A stretch of DNA of 64,000 bases from a bacterium. GTDB lineage: Bacteria > Patescibacteriota > Minisyncoccia > UBA6257 > MFKM01. Below, one piece after another: positions 10,091-20,042 of the stretch. The notes beneath the pieces were generated by a model that was not told the DNA's origin, did no database searches, and saw only the letters and a list, made by a program, of their open reading frames with translations. Every line of letters begins with the position of its first letter. Within the stretch, counting starts at the first letter, position 1. Position numbers and translations under genes: made by a program. Where the stretch lies: positions 109,603 to 173,602 of the forward strand of contig JAUYAV010000011.1 of NCBI GenBank assembly GCA_030693325.1, in the 5' to 3' direction.

Positions 10091-10750
10091 TTATTGGCTG
10101 AAAGTTACGGCAGGTTTGAGCTGGTAATAAGTTCCGGGACCGCCGGGGCCAACCCGTTCAATCATCCCCTCTTCGCAAAATTTCTGAAGGTCGTAGCGGA
10201 GTGTTCTTTCGCTTGTGCATGGGAATGCGGCAACCAAATCTTTAATCCGGCAATTCTGAACTTGCCGCATTATATCTATAATTGCCGATTTCCTCATTAC
10301 CGCATTTTCCTTGTCTTTTTCCACCACGGCCGCCTCTTCTTGTCCTATTTCGTCTACTTTGTTATCAACTACCATTGGCATTGCCGATTTAGCTATAGAT
10401 TCATTATTATTCTGCGTTGGTGTTGAGGTTTGGAAAAACTCTTCTAAATTCAATTCGGCAATTGCCGAATTATTTTGCCTGACGGCCGTATTAAGATTGC
10501 CGATTTCCCGCAATAGCACCTGCGATTGAAGATAACTTATTTCTCCTATGCCTTGGCTGAAATTCATTAAAACTTCTAAAAGCGAAAGTGAATTGCTTAA
10601 AGACAAATTGTTATTTGAAGAACCGGCTTCCAAGAGATCAAGCCCCGCTTTTTCCAAACGAGTTCTTAAATCGGCATTTTTTATGCCGTCTCCCAAACGA
10701 AAAACGACATAACAAATTTCATAGGCCTTTTGAGTAAAATTAAATAACAT
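10091..10750 (-). CDS. DNA-binding protein with C-terminal DeoR-type winged HTH and N-terminal helical domain
   Basis: C-terminus RKSAIIDIMRQVQNCRIKDLVAAFPCTSERTLRYDLQKFCEEGMIERVG matches the DeoR-like wHTH pattern. Confidence 0.45.
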   Translation of the reverse strand: MLFNFTQKAYEICYVVFRLGDGIKNADLRTRLEKAGLDLLEAGSSNNNLSLSNSLSLLEVLMNFSQGIGEISYLQSQVLLREIGNLNTAVRQNNSAIAELNLEEFFQTSTPTQNNNESIAKSAMPMVVDNKVDEIGQEEAAVVEKDKENAVMRKSAIIDIMRQVQNCRIKDLVAAFPCTSERTLRYDLQKFCEEGMIERVGPGGPGTYYQLKPAVTFSQ

Positions 10751-10801
10751 TAAACTTCAGTATCCTATATTTGATGATTGAATGTCAAGAGGTTTCAAGC
10801 A

Positions 10802-10937
10802 AACCAAACTTGTCTGAGAAAATATCCCGCAGGCGTCCAAAGATTGGTCTCCGCGAAGCGGAGTTTGGACGCCGAGGGAAAAGAAAATTTTGCCGCTGGA
10901 GCAAAATTATTCTGGTTTTCGAAGGCAAGTTTGGTTT
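10802..10937. ncRNA. Candidate structured ncRNA, copy A (unclassified family; strand unresolved)
   Basis: Ends pair over about 20 bp (ccaaacttgtctgagaaaat / attctggttttcgaaggcaagtttgg). Nested hairpins gcgtccaaa-[gattggt]-ctccgc-GAA-gcggag-tttggacgc and aattttgc-cgctgga-gcaaaatt. Homologous to 27727..27942 with compensatory stem replacements. The track ORFs 10771..11067 and 10778..10984 are spurious. Confidence 0.55.
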
Positions 10938-10993
10938 GCGGAAAACCGAAAAGACTTTGGCTGGCGGAAAAAGTTTTGGAATGAAGTTGACAA

Positions 10994-11022
10994 CCGGTTT
11001 TAAATTGATTAGATTGATAAAT
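10994..11022 (+). promoter_or_regulatory. Sigma-70-like promoter for groES (TTGACA-N17-TAGATT) followed by a short palindrome in the 5' UTR
   Basis: ttgacaaccggttttaaattgattagatt, then atcaaaaaggtcgttttttgat (inverted repeat) before the ATG at 11064. No CIRCE consensus seen. Confidence 0.45.
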
Positions 11023-11063
11023 CAAAAAGGTCGTTTTTTGATATTTAATTTATTAAAATATTT

Positions 11064-13003
<1,940 letters not shown>

Positions 13004-13034
13004 ATTTCTCGGCTGGATTACTGAAAACATCTCA

Positions 13035-13063
13035 AAACGGAGGCGATTGCCTCCGTTTTTGTT
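13035..13063 (+). terminator. Rho-independent terminator of groESL
   Basis: aaacggaggcgattgcctccgtttttgtttttt. Confidence 0.7.
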
Positions 13064-13148
13064 TTTTACTCGGCATCTTTATTTGACAGCGCGGAATTTT
13101 TCTGTTTTTATGCTTGTAGCATTTTAAAAATAAAACTATAATGTTGTT

Positions 13149-13616
13149 ATGGAAAATAAAGGAAGAATAAGTTGGGATGATTTTTTTATGAGCGTTGCCC
13201 AATTATACGCGGAAAGGTCCGCCTGCAAACATTTCAAGGTTGGCGTTGTCTTCGCTAAAGACAAAAGAATTTTATCGGGAGGTTATAATGGCCCGCCGAG
13301 CGGCGAACCTCATTGCACTGAAGTCGGCTGCGCTAAAGAAGACAAAAACGGCAAAAGGTTGCCTGCCGGTTCCGGTTTATGCCGCGGCGCCCATGCCGAA
13401 ACAAACGCCATCGCCAATGCCTCGTCTGAAGGAATAAATCTGCGCGGTTCAACCGTCTACTGTATTTATTCGCCTTGCTACGATTGCGCCAAAGTGTTGG
13501 TGAATCTCGGCATTAAAGAATTCGTTTACCTCAAAGAATACGGCGACGAAGACAAAAGCCTCGCGAAAGAACTTTTTAGCCGCCACAAAATTTTGGTAAG
13601 AAAAAAGAAAATCTAA
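13149..13616 (+). CDS. dCMP deaminase (ComEB/cytidine-deoxycytidylate deaminase family)
   Basis: Zinc-binding HAETNAI and PCYDCAKVL motifs. Confidence 0.85.
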   Translation: MENKGRISWDDFFMSVAQLYAERSACKHFKVGVVFAKDKRILSGGYNGPPSGEPHCTEVGCAKEDKNGKRLPAGSGLCRGAHAETNAIANASSEGINLRGSTVYCIYSPCYDCAKVLVNLGIKEFVYLKEYGDEDKSLAKELFSRHKILVRKKKI

Positions 13617-13627
13617 GGAGGTGGGAA

Positions 13628-14443
13628 ATGGTTAATGGACAATTAGTAGCTCATGTGTTCGCTAGCGATCTTGACGATGCCTGGTATCAATGCGTAAAAA
13701 CGGTAATTGAGAAAGGAAGGATATATCTTATCAGCGCCGGAAGTTTTGAAAAAACGCACCGCGCGGGAATGCCGATTATTGCGGAAATTCATAATCCCGG
13801 TCATAGGCCGCTTGCCCCATTGATGCCCGAAGGGTCCTCTGTCATCCCGCCGACAAACGAAGAATACATCAACCAGTATTTTGATTATCTCTGCAGTCCG
13901 GACAAAACGGCGAGCGAACATTATACCTACGGCGAAGATATCTGGTGGCAAATTGAATGGCTAGTGGAATATTACAAAAAAGCGGGGCATGAAACTAATC
14001 ATGGCTATATGACCGTCGGCCGACCGGAATCAATACTGTTTTACGAACGCAAATTGGAGCTTGTTGAAAAAATTTCTGTTTACGACCCGGTAAAGAAAGA
14101 AATCTGGTGGGAGAGAGTAATTTCAAATGCCTGGAATAAAAACAACGAAATAAAAACCAGCTCGCAATGCCTGCGCGGAATTGACACCTGGATTGAAAAT
14201 AACAAACTGCATTTCTGGGTTTACTTCCGAAGCTGGGATTTATGGGCCGGCTTTCCTACTAATCTCGGCGGAATTCAGTTGCTGAAAGAACATATGGCTG
14301 AAAGAATAGGCGTAGAAGACGGCCAACTGGTCGTCTCAAGCAAGGATTTACATATCTACGAATATGCCTGGCCATACGCCTTGCTAAGACTGGGAAAAGA
14401 TGAAAAATTCCTGGAAAAGCGTTTGGCAGAAGAAAAGCGCTAA
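13628..14443 (+). CDS. Thymidylate synthase family protein (divergent ThyA-like)
   Basis: Aligns by eye to the ThyA catalytic core: SNAWN; catalytic Cys in SQCL (PCH in ThyA); [20 protein letters not shown] versus [28 protein letters not shown] versus GDTHLYSNH. N-terminal half divergent. Confidence 0.6.
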   Translation: [271 protein letters not shown]

Positions 14444-14553
14444 AAAATAGAAACAACGGCGCCGCAGATGAAAATCCGCGGCGCTTTTTAATTTCAAAAA
14501 TTTATGATAAGATAAACGCAAGGTCGCAACTTTTAATATTAAAATAAAAGAAT

Positions 14554-15117
14554 ATGAATTATTTTTCTTTAACCAATATTATTATCGCCATCGTCGCTGT
14601 TATTATTTTATGGATTATCCTGACTTATAACGGATTAATCAAAAAAAGTTACCGGATAAAAGAGGCCTGGTCGGATATTGAAGTTCAACTGAAACGGCGC
14701 TATGACCTTATTCCCAACTTAGTGGAAGCGGTCAAGGGCTATATGACCCACGAAAGAACGGTTTTTGAAAAAGTAACCGAAGCCCGGGCTCAAGCCATCA
14801 GCGCCAGCGGAAAAGACGAAAAAGCTAAAGCCGAAAATGCCCTTTCCGGCACCTTGAAAACGCTTTTCGCAGTGGCTGAAAATTATCCGGATTTGAAAGC
14901 CAACGCCAATTTTTTGGAGTTACAGCAAGAATTGACCGATACCGAAAATAAAATCCAAGCGGCCCGCCGGTTTTACAACGGCAATGTCAGGGATTTTGAC
15001 ACCGCCATTGAAACCTTTCCGGCTAATTTAATCGCCGGTTCGTTCGGATTCAAAAAAGAAGAATTCTTCGGCTTGGAATCGGAAACGGAAAAAGAACCGG
15101 TGAAAGTTAGTTTTTAG
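14554..15117 (+). CDS. LemA family protein
   Basis: N-terminal TM plus conserved RYDLIPNLVEAVKGY...ENYPDLKAN LemA core. Confidence 0.85.
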   Translation: MNYFSLTNIIIAIVAVIILWIILTYNGLIKKSYRIKEAWSDIEVQLKRRYDLIPNLVEAVKGYMTHERTVFEKVTEARAQAISASGKDEKAKAENALSGTLKTLFAVAENYPDLKANANFLELQQELTDTENKIQAARRFYNGNVRDFDTAIETFPANLIAGSFGFKKEEFFGLESETEKEPVKVSF

Positions 15118-15146
15118 CCACTAAGCATTAACGGCTCATAAGAATT

Positions 15147-16049
15147 ATGGCCTCTCTTTACTCTCATCAAGAATCCAATATTCGCCGAACCTGGTTTTTG
15201 TTCACGGGATTTTTAATTGTCGTCATCGGCCTCGGCTGGTTTTTTTCATATATTTTTGACAGCTCGGCGATTCTAATTTTTGCCGTTATTTTCAGCGTAT
15301 TAATGTCGCTGATAAGTTATTGGCAGTCGGATAAAATCGTCCTGGCGATGGCGCGGGCAATTCCGGTTGAGAGAAAAGACAACCCCGAACTCTATAATAT
15401 CGTGGAAAACTTAGCCATCACCGCCGGCCTGCCTACTCCAAAAATATATTTAGTCAATGAAGCGTCGCCTAACGCTTTCGCTACCGGCCGCAATCCTCAA
15501 CACAGCGTGATTGCGGTCACTTCAGGATTGCTCGCTAAATTAAACCGCGCGGAGCTGGAAGGCGTTATCGCCCATGAATTATCCCATGTCGGCAACCGGG
15601 ATATTTTACTTTCAACCGCCGTGGTGGTCTTGGTCGGTTTTGTTTCCTTGATTTCAAATATGTTTATCCGTTCAATGTTTTGGAACCGGGGCGGGCGCCG
15701 AAACAATCGCAATGAAGGCGGAGGAGTCTTATTTTTAATAGGAATAATATTTGCGATCTTGGCGCCCATAGCCGCCGCTTTGATGCAACTGGCGATTTCC
15801 CGAAAAAGAGAATTCCTAGCCGATGCTTCCGGCTCTCTCCTGACCCGCTACCCGGAGGGCCTAGCCCAGGCTTTGGAAAAAATATCGCAAGACCCTACGC
15901 CGATGAAAATAGCCAACAACACCACTTCGCATCTCTGGATTGAAAATCCTTTCAAGGGCAAAACCCGGGAATCCTGGTTTACTAAGCTTTTTATGACCCA
16001 TCCACCAGTAAAGGAACGAATCAAGGCATTACGCGAGATGAGCGTTTAA
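15147..16049 (+). CDS. htpX: Zinc metalloprotease HtpX (M48)
   Basis: HELSHV zinc motif (IAHELSHVGNRD) and four TM segments; the LemA-HtpX pairing is common. Confidence 0.85.
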   Translation: MASLYSHQESNIRRTWFLFTGFLIVVIGLGWFFSYIFDSSAILIFAVIFSVLMSLISYWQSDKIVLAMARAIPVERKDNPELYNIVENLAITAGLPTPKIYLVNEASPNAFATGRNPQHSVIAVTSGLLAKLNRAELEGVIAHELSHVGNRDILLSTAVVVLVGFVSLISNMFIRSMFWNRGGRRNNRNEGGGVLFLIGIIFAILAPIAAALMQLAISRKREFLADASGSLLTRYPEGLAQALEKISQDPTPMKIANNTTSHLWIENPFKGKTRESWFTKLFMTHPPVKERIKALREMSV

Positions 16050-16054
16050 TATTT

Positions 16055-16128
16055 GCTCCGACTTTGTCGAGAATCTCCCGATTGTATCGAGGACTCTCGA
16101 CAAAGTCGGAGCTCAATGAAATCGGGAA
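16055..16128. repeat. Long hairpin module (17-bp stem gctccgactttgtcgag/ctcgacaaagtcggagc plus tail atgaaatcggga); a partial homologous copy lies at 33005..33044
   Basis: Perfect 17-bp inverted repeat with a roughly 24-nt loop, directly after the htpX stop. The 5' arm and 3' tail recur inside the comEC 5' region. Confidence 0.5.
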
Positions 16129-16159
16129 TTTTTGATAAAGTATTTCCAGATAATAATAA

Positions 16160-16201
16160 TTTACTATTGTAATTCCACGATCGTGGAATTACAATAGTAA
16201 A
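16160..16201. repeat. 42-bp perfect palindrome tttactattgtaattccacga|tcgtggaattacaatagtaaa (copy 1 of 3)
   Basis: Exact reverse-complement symmetry. Copies are identical at 33214..33255 and near-identical at 47652..47693. Confidence 0.8.
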
Positions 16202-16208
16202 TGGCAAA

Positions 16209-16889
16209 ATGAACAAAAAAATCAACCTTACAAATAAAATAAAAGATTTGGAGAAATTAGTGAGGCTGCAGGAAACGGAAATCAAGGAACTTTCTGCCTT
16301 AGCCGAAAGAGATACTTTAACCGAGCTCTATAATCGCCGGGGATTTATCCGGGAGGCGGAAAAATTTTTAAAAGAAATCAAGATATTAAAAAAGATTTCT
16401 GAAAAACGTAAAATTTCTTTCAAATATTTTTCGTTGATTTTTATTGATCTTGATAATTTTAAAATGATCAATAATGAATACGGCCATAAATTCGGCGATA
16501 AAGTTTTAAAAACCGCGGCTAAAATCTTTCGGGATTCGGTAAGAGATTTGGATATTGTCGGCCGCTGGGGCGGCGATGAATTTGTCATCGGTTTGGCCGG
16601 CGCCAACGAAAAAACCGCTTACGGCATCGCGGAAAAATTAAAGAATAAGCTTAAAACGGTAAAAATAAAAAACAGACAAATGAGCGCCAGCTTCGGAATT
16701 GTAGGCTATCATAAAAAAACCCAGTTCCACGGCCTTTCTTCCGCGTCTTCTAAAAAACGTCAGGCGGAAGAAAAAGTTTTAAACCAACTCTACGAATTGA
16801 TTGAAAGAGCCGATATGACCATGTATGAAGCAAAAAAGAAAAAAGGCAAGGACTCGGTAGTTGTTTACAACAATAAAGACGTTATATAA
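16209..16889 (+). CDS. GGDEF-domain diguanylate cyclase with N-terminal coiled coil
   Basis: RGF...IFIDLDNFKMINNEYGHKFGDKVL...GRWGGDEFVIGLAG (GGDEF active-site motif). Confidence 0.8.
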   Translation: MNKKINLTNKIKDLEKLVRLQETEIKELSALAERDTLTELYNRRGFIREAEKFLKEIKILKKISEKRKISFKYFSLIFIDLDNFKMINNEYGHKFGDKVLKTAAKIFRDSVRDLDIVGRWGGDEFVIGLAGANEKTAYGIAEKLKNKLKTVKIKNRQMSASFGIVGYHKKTQFHGLSSASSKKRQAEEKVLNQLYELIERADMTMYEAKKKKGKDSVVVYNNKDVI

Positions 16890-16908
16890 TTGCTTTTGTG
16901 TTTGTAAT

Positions 16909-16996
16909 GGAAGGGTGCAGGAGCGGTTTAACTGGCGATCCTGGAAAGATCGTGTACCGCAAGGTACCGCGAGTTCGAATCTCGCCCCTTCCGCCA
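16909..16996 (+). tRNA. tRNA-Ser (anticodon GGA), class II with long variable arm, CCA encoded
   Basis: GGAAGGG-UG-CAG-GAGCGGUUUAA-CUG-G-CGAUC-CUGGAAA-GAUCG-[UGUACCGCAAGGUACC]-GCGAG-UUCGAAU-CUCGC-CCCUUCC-G-CCA. It closely parallels the E. coli tRNA-Ser architecture. The track ORF 16779..17036 (-) overlapping it is spurious. Confidence 0.9.
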
Positions 16997-17010
16997 CCAA
17001 TTTCTCTCTA

Positions 17011-17149
17011 TTGGCCCCGTTAGAAGTCTTTGGCAAAAAAATTTTCTATGAAAATTTTTTTGCTTCGCAATAGCGGGCTATAACTAAGAATAAAGCCTGT
17101 CTAAAATTAGCTTTATGCCACATAAAATCAGACTTCTAACGGGGTTGAC
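17011..17149. mobile_element. MITE-like internally deleted derivative of the GIY-YIG mini-element (15-bp terminal inverted repeats ccccgttagaagtct / agacttctaacgggg)
   Basis: Both ends are homologous to the ends of the 40615..40910 element (ctttggcRaaaaaRaatttt at the left; ccacataa..cag..ttctaacgggg at the right), with about 95 nt non-coding between. It sits 15 nt after the tRNA-Ser 3' end. Its right end ggggTTGACA supplies a -35 hexamer about 18 nt upstream of TAGTAT for the downstream gene. Confidence 0.6.
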
Positions 17150-17174
17150 AAAACAAAGCAATATATGTTAGTAT

Positions 17175-17699
17175 ATGCCTATATCCCTTAAACGGGGATT
17201 TTTTATTGGAAAAAACCCTGCCTGCGCAGGCAAAAAAAATATAAATATGAACAAACAACATAAGCTCTTGGCCTCATTAATCTTCTTTAATTTGGCACCT
17301 AGCCTGTTTTTGCCTAATTTGGCGCTTAAGGAAATGATTAGCAAAAACCTAGTAAAACCCGATTCCACGATAGAAGCCCAAGCAACCTCAATCCCCCAAA
17401 TTGACCCAAAAATCAATGTTATAATAATAACCGCTTACTCCAGCACGCCTGAACAGACCGACTCCACGCCATTTATCACCGCTTCTGGTTCTCTGGTTGA
17501 AGACGGCATCGTGGCCTGCAATTTTTTGGCATTTAACACTAGAATCAGACTTCCGGAGCTTTATGGCGATAAAATTTTCACGGTCAAAGACCGGATGGCC
17601 AAAAAAAACAGCCATAAAATTGATATCTGGTTCCCGACCACCGAGCAAGCCAAGCAATTCGGCGTCCAAAAAACCAGAATAGAAATTATAGAAAGCTAG
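17175..17699 (+). CDS. 3D-domain protein (MltA-like 3D domain, secreted; likely real start MNKQHK at 17247)
   Basis: Signal-like LLASLIFFNLAPSLFL, then the 3D-domain block ITAYSSTPEQTDSTPFITASGSLVEDGIVACNFLAFNTRIRLPELYGDKIFTVKDRMA. Confidence 0.7.
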   Translation: MPISLKRGFFIGKNPACAGKKNINMNKQHKLLASLIFFNLAPSLFLPNLALKEMISKNLVKPDSTIEAQATSIPQIDPKINVIIITAYSSTPEQTDSTPFITASGSLVEDGIVACNFLAFNTRIRLPELYGDKIFTVKDRMAKKNSHKIDIWFPTTEQAKQFGVQKTRIEIIES

Positions 17700-17722
17700 A
17701 AATCCCCTGTTTACCGGCAAAC

Positions 17723-17752
17723 GAACCCGCCGCTCTCGGCGGGATTTTAATT
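17723..17752 (+). terminator. Rho-independent terminator
   Basis: aacccgccgctctcggcgggatttt. Confidence 0.6.
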
Positions 17753-17860
17753 TTTGGCGTTTCTTGACTTTCCATCTATTTTATACTGTTATATAGGAAC
17801 AAGCTTAAAGATAAGCTTGAATTTGAAAACGCACATTAAAAACAGAAAAGGAGGTAATTA

Positions 17861-18841
17861 ATGGATACAAAAGGGAAGATTTATTTCAAGAACGAACCGT
17901 TTATGGCTGTAGTTGAGGGCAGAGGCGATAACCCGGTTAAATGCACCCCTATAGTGTATGACGGAAGGGATCCATCAAGCGCTTTCGGCAATGAATGCGG
18001 CGCCGGTATTCTTTTTGAAGACGGCAAAATATATTCTTGGGGACTTTGGCAACCTCGGAATCTCATCGTCTCTTGGCGCGCTACGGAAATACTTCGGCGT
18101 CTCAATGTTATAAAAAAACACGATTTTTGCGCCGCCTATTCCGCGGGATGCCATAGAATCAGCGATTCCGACAGAGAAAAATATGTTAAACCGATTATCG
18201 CAAAAATCGGAAATCAAACATATAAAGAAATTATGGCGATGCCGGTTCCTGAAACAATAATAAGAGCAATCCTTGATAACCAGGGACAGGATTTCTCACC
18301 AAGCCTTTTCCCGATCAGTTACGAAGTCAAAGCCGGAACAATTAAATGGCGGCAAGAGTTCGCTGATGCCGGGATTGAAAATCCCGATGAAGTTGACGCA
18401 AGAAAATTTAGACAAGATAAAAAAATCTCCAGATTTGAGCGCTTGCTGGTTTCTTACGCGAAATCTCAGGGTCTGCCGCGACACTGCATAAGAATGGATA
18501 AGGTTGAAAAAATCCTTTTAGATCTTATTGAAAAGGGCGCTGACGAAGCTTATTCCGACAACATAGTTGTCTCCATGGCAGGCACAGCAGCAGATTTTAT
18601 TGCTTCCGATTTCGCGAAGAGTATGCAGCTTGATCATGCCGGAACTCACGAAGCAATTTCTTGTTCCGCTCGTTGGCTCACTCTTTATATTTTGGGAAAG
18701 CCGCGATTTTTCCGAAGACGCGCGCATTTAGCAACGCTTTCTGATATTAAAAATAAAATAGTTGAGCCGTTGCTCTTACGGTTGCTTGAAGAATATTTTC
18801 CCGCCGCAAAAGCATCTTCGGCGACTACCTCCGCTCAGTAG
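17861..18841 (+). CDS. Hypothetical protein (326 aa), strong SD
   Basis: aaaaggagg 8 nt upstream of the ATG. No recognised domain. Its 5' leader is shared with the gene at 51874. Confidence 0.5.
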   Translation: MDTKGKIYFKNEPFMAVVEGRGDNPVKCTPIVYDGRDPSSAFGNECGAGILFEDGKIYSWGLWQPRNLIVSWRATEILRRLNVIKKHDFCAAYSAGCHRISDSDREKYVKPIIAKIGNQTYKEIMAMPVPETIIRAILDNQGQDFSPSLFPISYEVKAGTIKWRQEFADAGIENPDEVDARKFRQDKKISRFERLLVSYAKSQGLPRHCIRMDKVEKILLDLIEKGADEAYSDNIVVSMAGTAADFIASDFAKSMQLDHAGTHEAISCSARWLTLYILGKPRFFRRRAHLATLSDIKNKIVEPLLLRLLEEYFPAAKASSATTSAQ

Positions 18842-18979
18842 AAAAAATAAACAAATTCAACAACCCGTCATGTCGCAAGACCTCTGGCGGGTTATTTTTT
18901 TAAAAAAAATGCTATAATTATTTTGTAATAAATTACAAAGGTCGAAAATAGCTCTAGTTATTATAATTTTATAAAAAAC

Positions 18980-19426
18980 ATGAAAATTAACAAAAAAGGG
19001 TTATTAATTTTGATAATAGTGATTATAGTAGTAGCGTTGGGCGTAGGCGGGTATCTGCTGGTCAAAAATAGCAAACCAGTTGTTTGGGACGGCACTTATA
19101 CTATGACCGGAAACTTGGCTTGCCAGGGCAATTTCCCAAACCTTACCACTATTCCGATGGACACAATTATTATTGTCAGCGGCAATAAAATAGTGGATGA
19201 GCAAACCGGAAAGAGTTTTGATATTGATAAGCGCGGCAAAGCGACTCAAAGCGAGGAGATAACTAATCAAGGTATAACCACTAAGGTTACGGCCGATTAT
19301 AAATTCTCCAAATCAGGCAACGCCTATAAATATACTGCCAATGGCACAGCGACTATAAGCACAACCCAAAACGAGACAGACTACTCTTCAACCTGCACCG
19401 GAATTCTTAGCGGCGTTAAGCAATAA
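18980..19426 (+). CDS. Hypothetical membrane-anchored/secreted protein (148 aa)
   Basis: N-terminal TM LLILIIVIIVVALGVGGYLLV, then a Thr/Asn-rich domain. A bidirectional terminator hairpin follows at 19451..19480. Confidence 0.45.
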   Translation: MKINKKGLLILIIVIIVVALGVGGYLLVKNSKPVVWDGTYTMTGNLACQGNFPNLTTIPMDTIIIVSGNKIVDEQTGKSFDIDKRGKATQSEEITNQGITTKVTADYKFSKSGNAYKYTANGTATISTTQNETDYSSTCTGILSGVKQ

Positions 19427-19459
19427 TTGAATTCATAAAATTTAATCAAATAATCCGCC

Positions 19460-20035
19460 TTACAATTTAGGCGGATTATTTATTGGAACTGATAATAACG
19501 AAATAATATAATTAATTAAGGAGCCATGGCCCGAATCCCGGTTGAAAACCGAGCAATCAATAATATGGTCTGCGTTTAATTTATATATCGGGGCTCTTTC
19601 TTCAAATAAATTAACTATTCCTTTCTCCCTAAGACCTACGACCGCTTCTTTTTTTGAATGTCTCTCTATGCGTTTTTTAATATCTTTCAAAGGAGTTTCT
19701 AAATAAATAATCATTGTATCTTTTTTTAATTTTCCTATTGCTTCGTCTGAATAGATTATGCTGCCGCCCGGAGAGAATACGACATCGAAAAAATCTTGTC
19801 TTAACGTATAACTATTTTCTAATCGCAACAATTCTTTCTCGCCTTTTTGCTTAAGAATTTCGTTGACAGTCATTCCTTCTTCTTTTTTGATTAAATCATC
19901 CAAATCAATAAATCTCCATTTCAAACGTTCGGCCAACAGCTTTCCTATCGTTGATTTCCCCGAACTGGGCATTCCTATAAGAGTGATCCCTTTCATAATT
20001 AAGCTAATTTTAAATCCTTTAAAATAGTTTTTCAA
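19460..20035 (-). CDS. aroK: Shikimate kinase (likely start MKGITLIG at 19996)
   Basis: P-loop GMPSSGKSTIGKLLAERL plus the shikimate kinase core. Confidence 0.8.
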   Translation of the reverse strand: MKNYFKGFKISLIMKGITLIGMPSSGKSTIGKLLAERLKWRFIDLDDLIKKEEGMTVNEILKQKGEKELLRLENSYTLRQDFFDVVFSPGGSIIYSDEAIGKLKKDTMIIYLETPLKDIKKRIERHSKKEAVVGLREKGIVNLFEERAPIYKLNADHIIDCSVFNRDSGHGSLINYIISLLSVPINNPPKL

Positions 20036-20042
20036 TGAAAAG

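Noticed and set aside
10802-10937. Calling the repeated structured element 6S RNA, SRP RNA, tmRNA or RNase P RNA
   Set aside because: No SRP domain-IV motif, no tmRNA tRNA-like ends, and no RNase P P4 sequence. The rod-like terminal helix is 6S-like but the two internal hairpins do not match the 6S central-bubble layout, so I left it unclassified.
16779-17036. 85-aa ORF on the minus strand in the six-frame track
   Set aside because: It lies antisense across tRNA-Ser(GGA) (16909..16996) and the MITE-like element; there is no coding signal.
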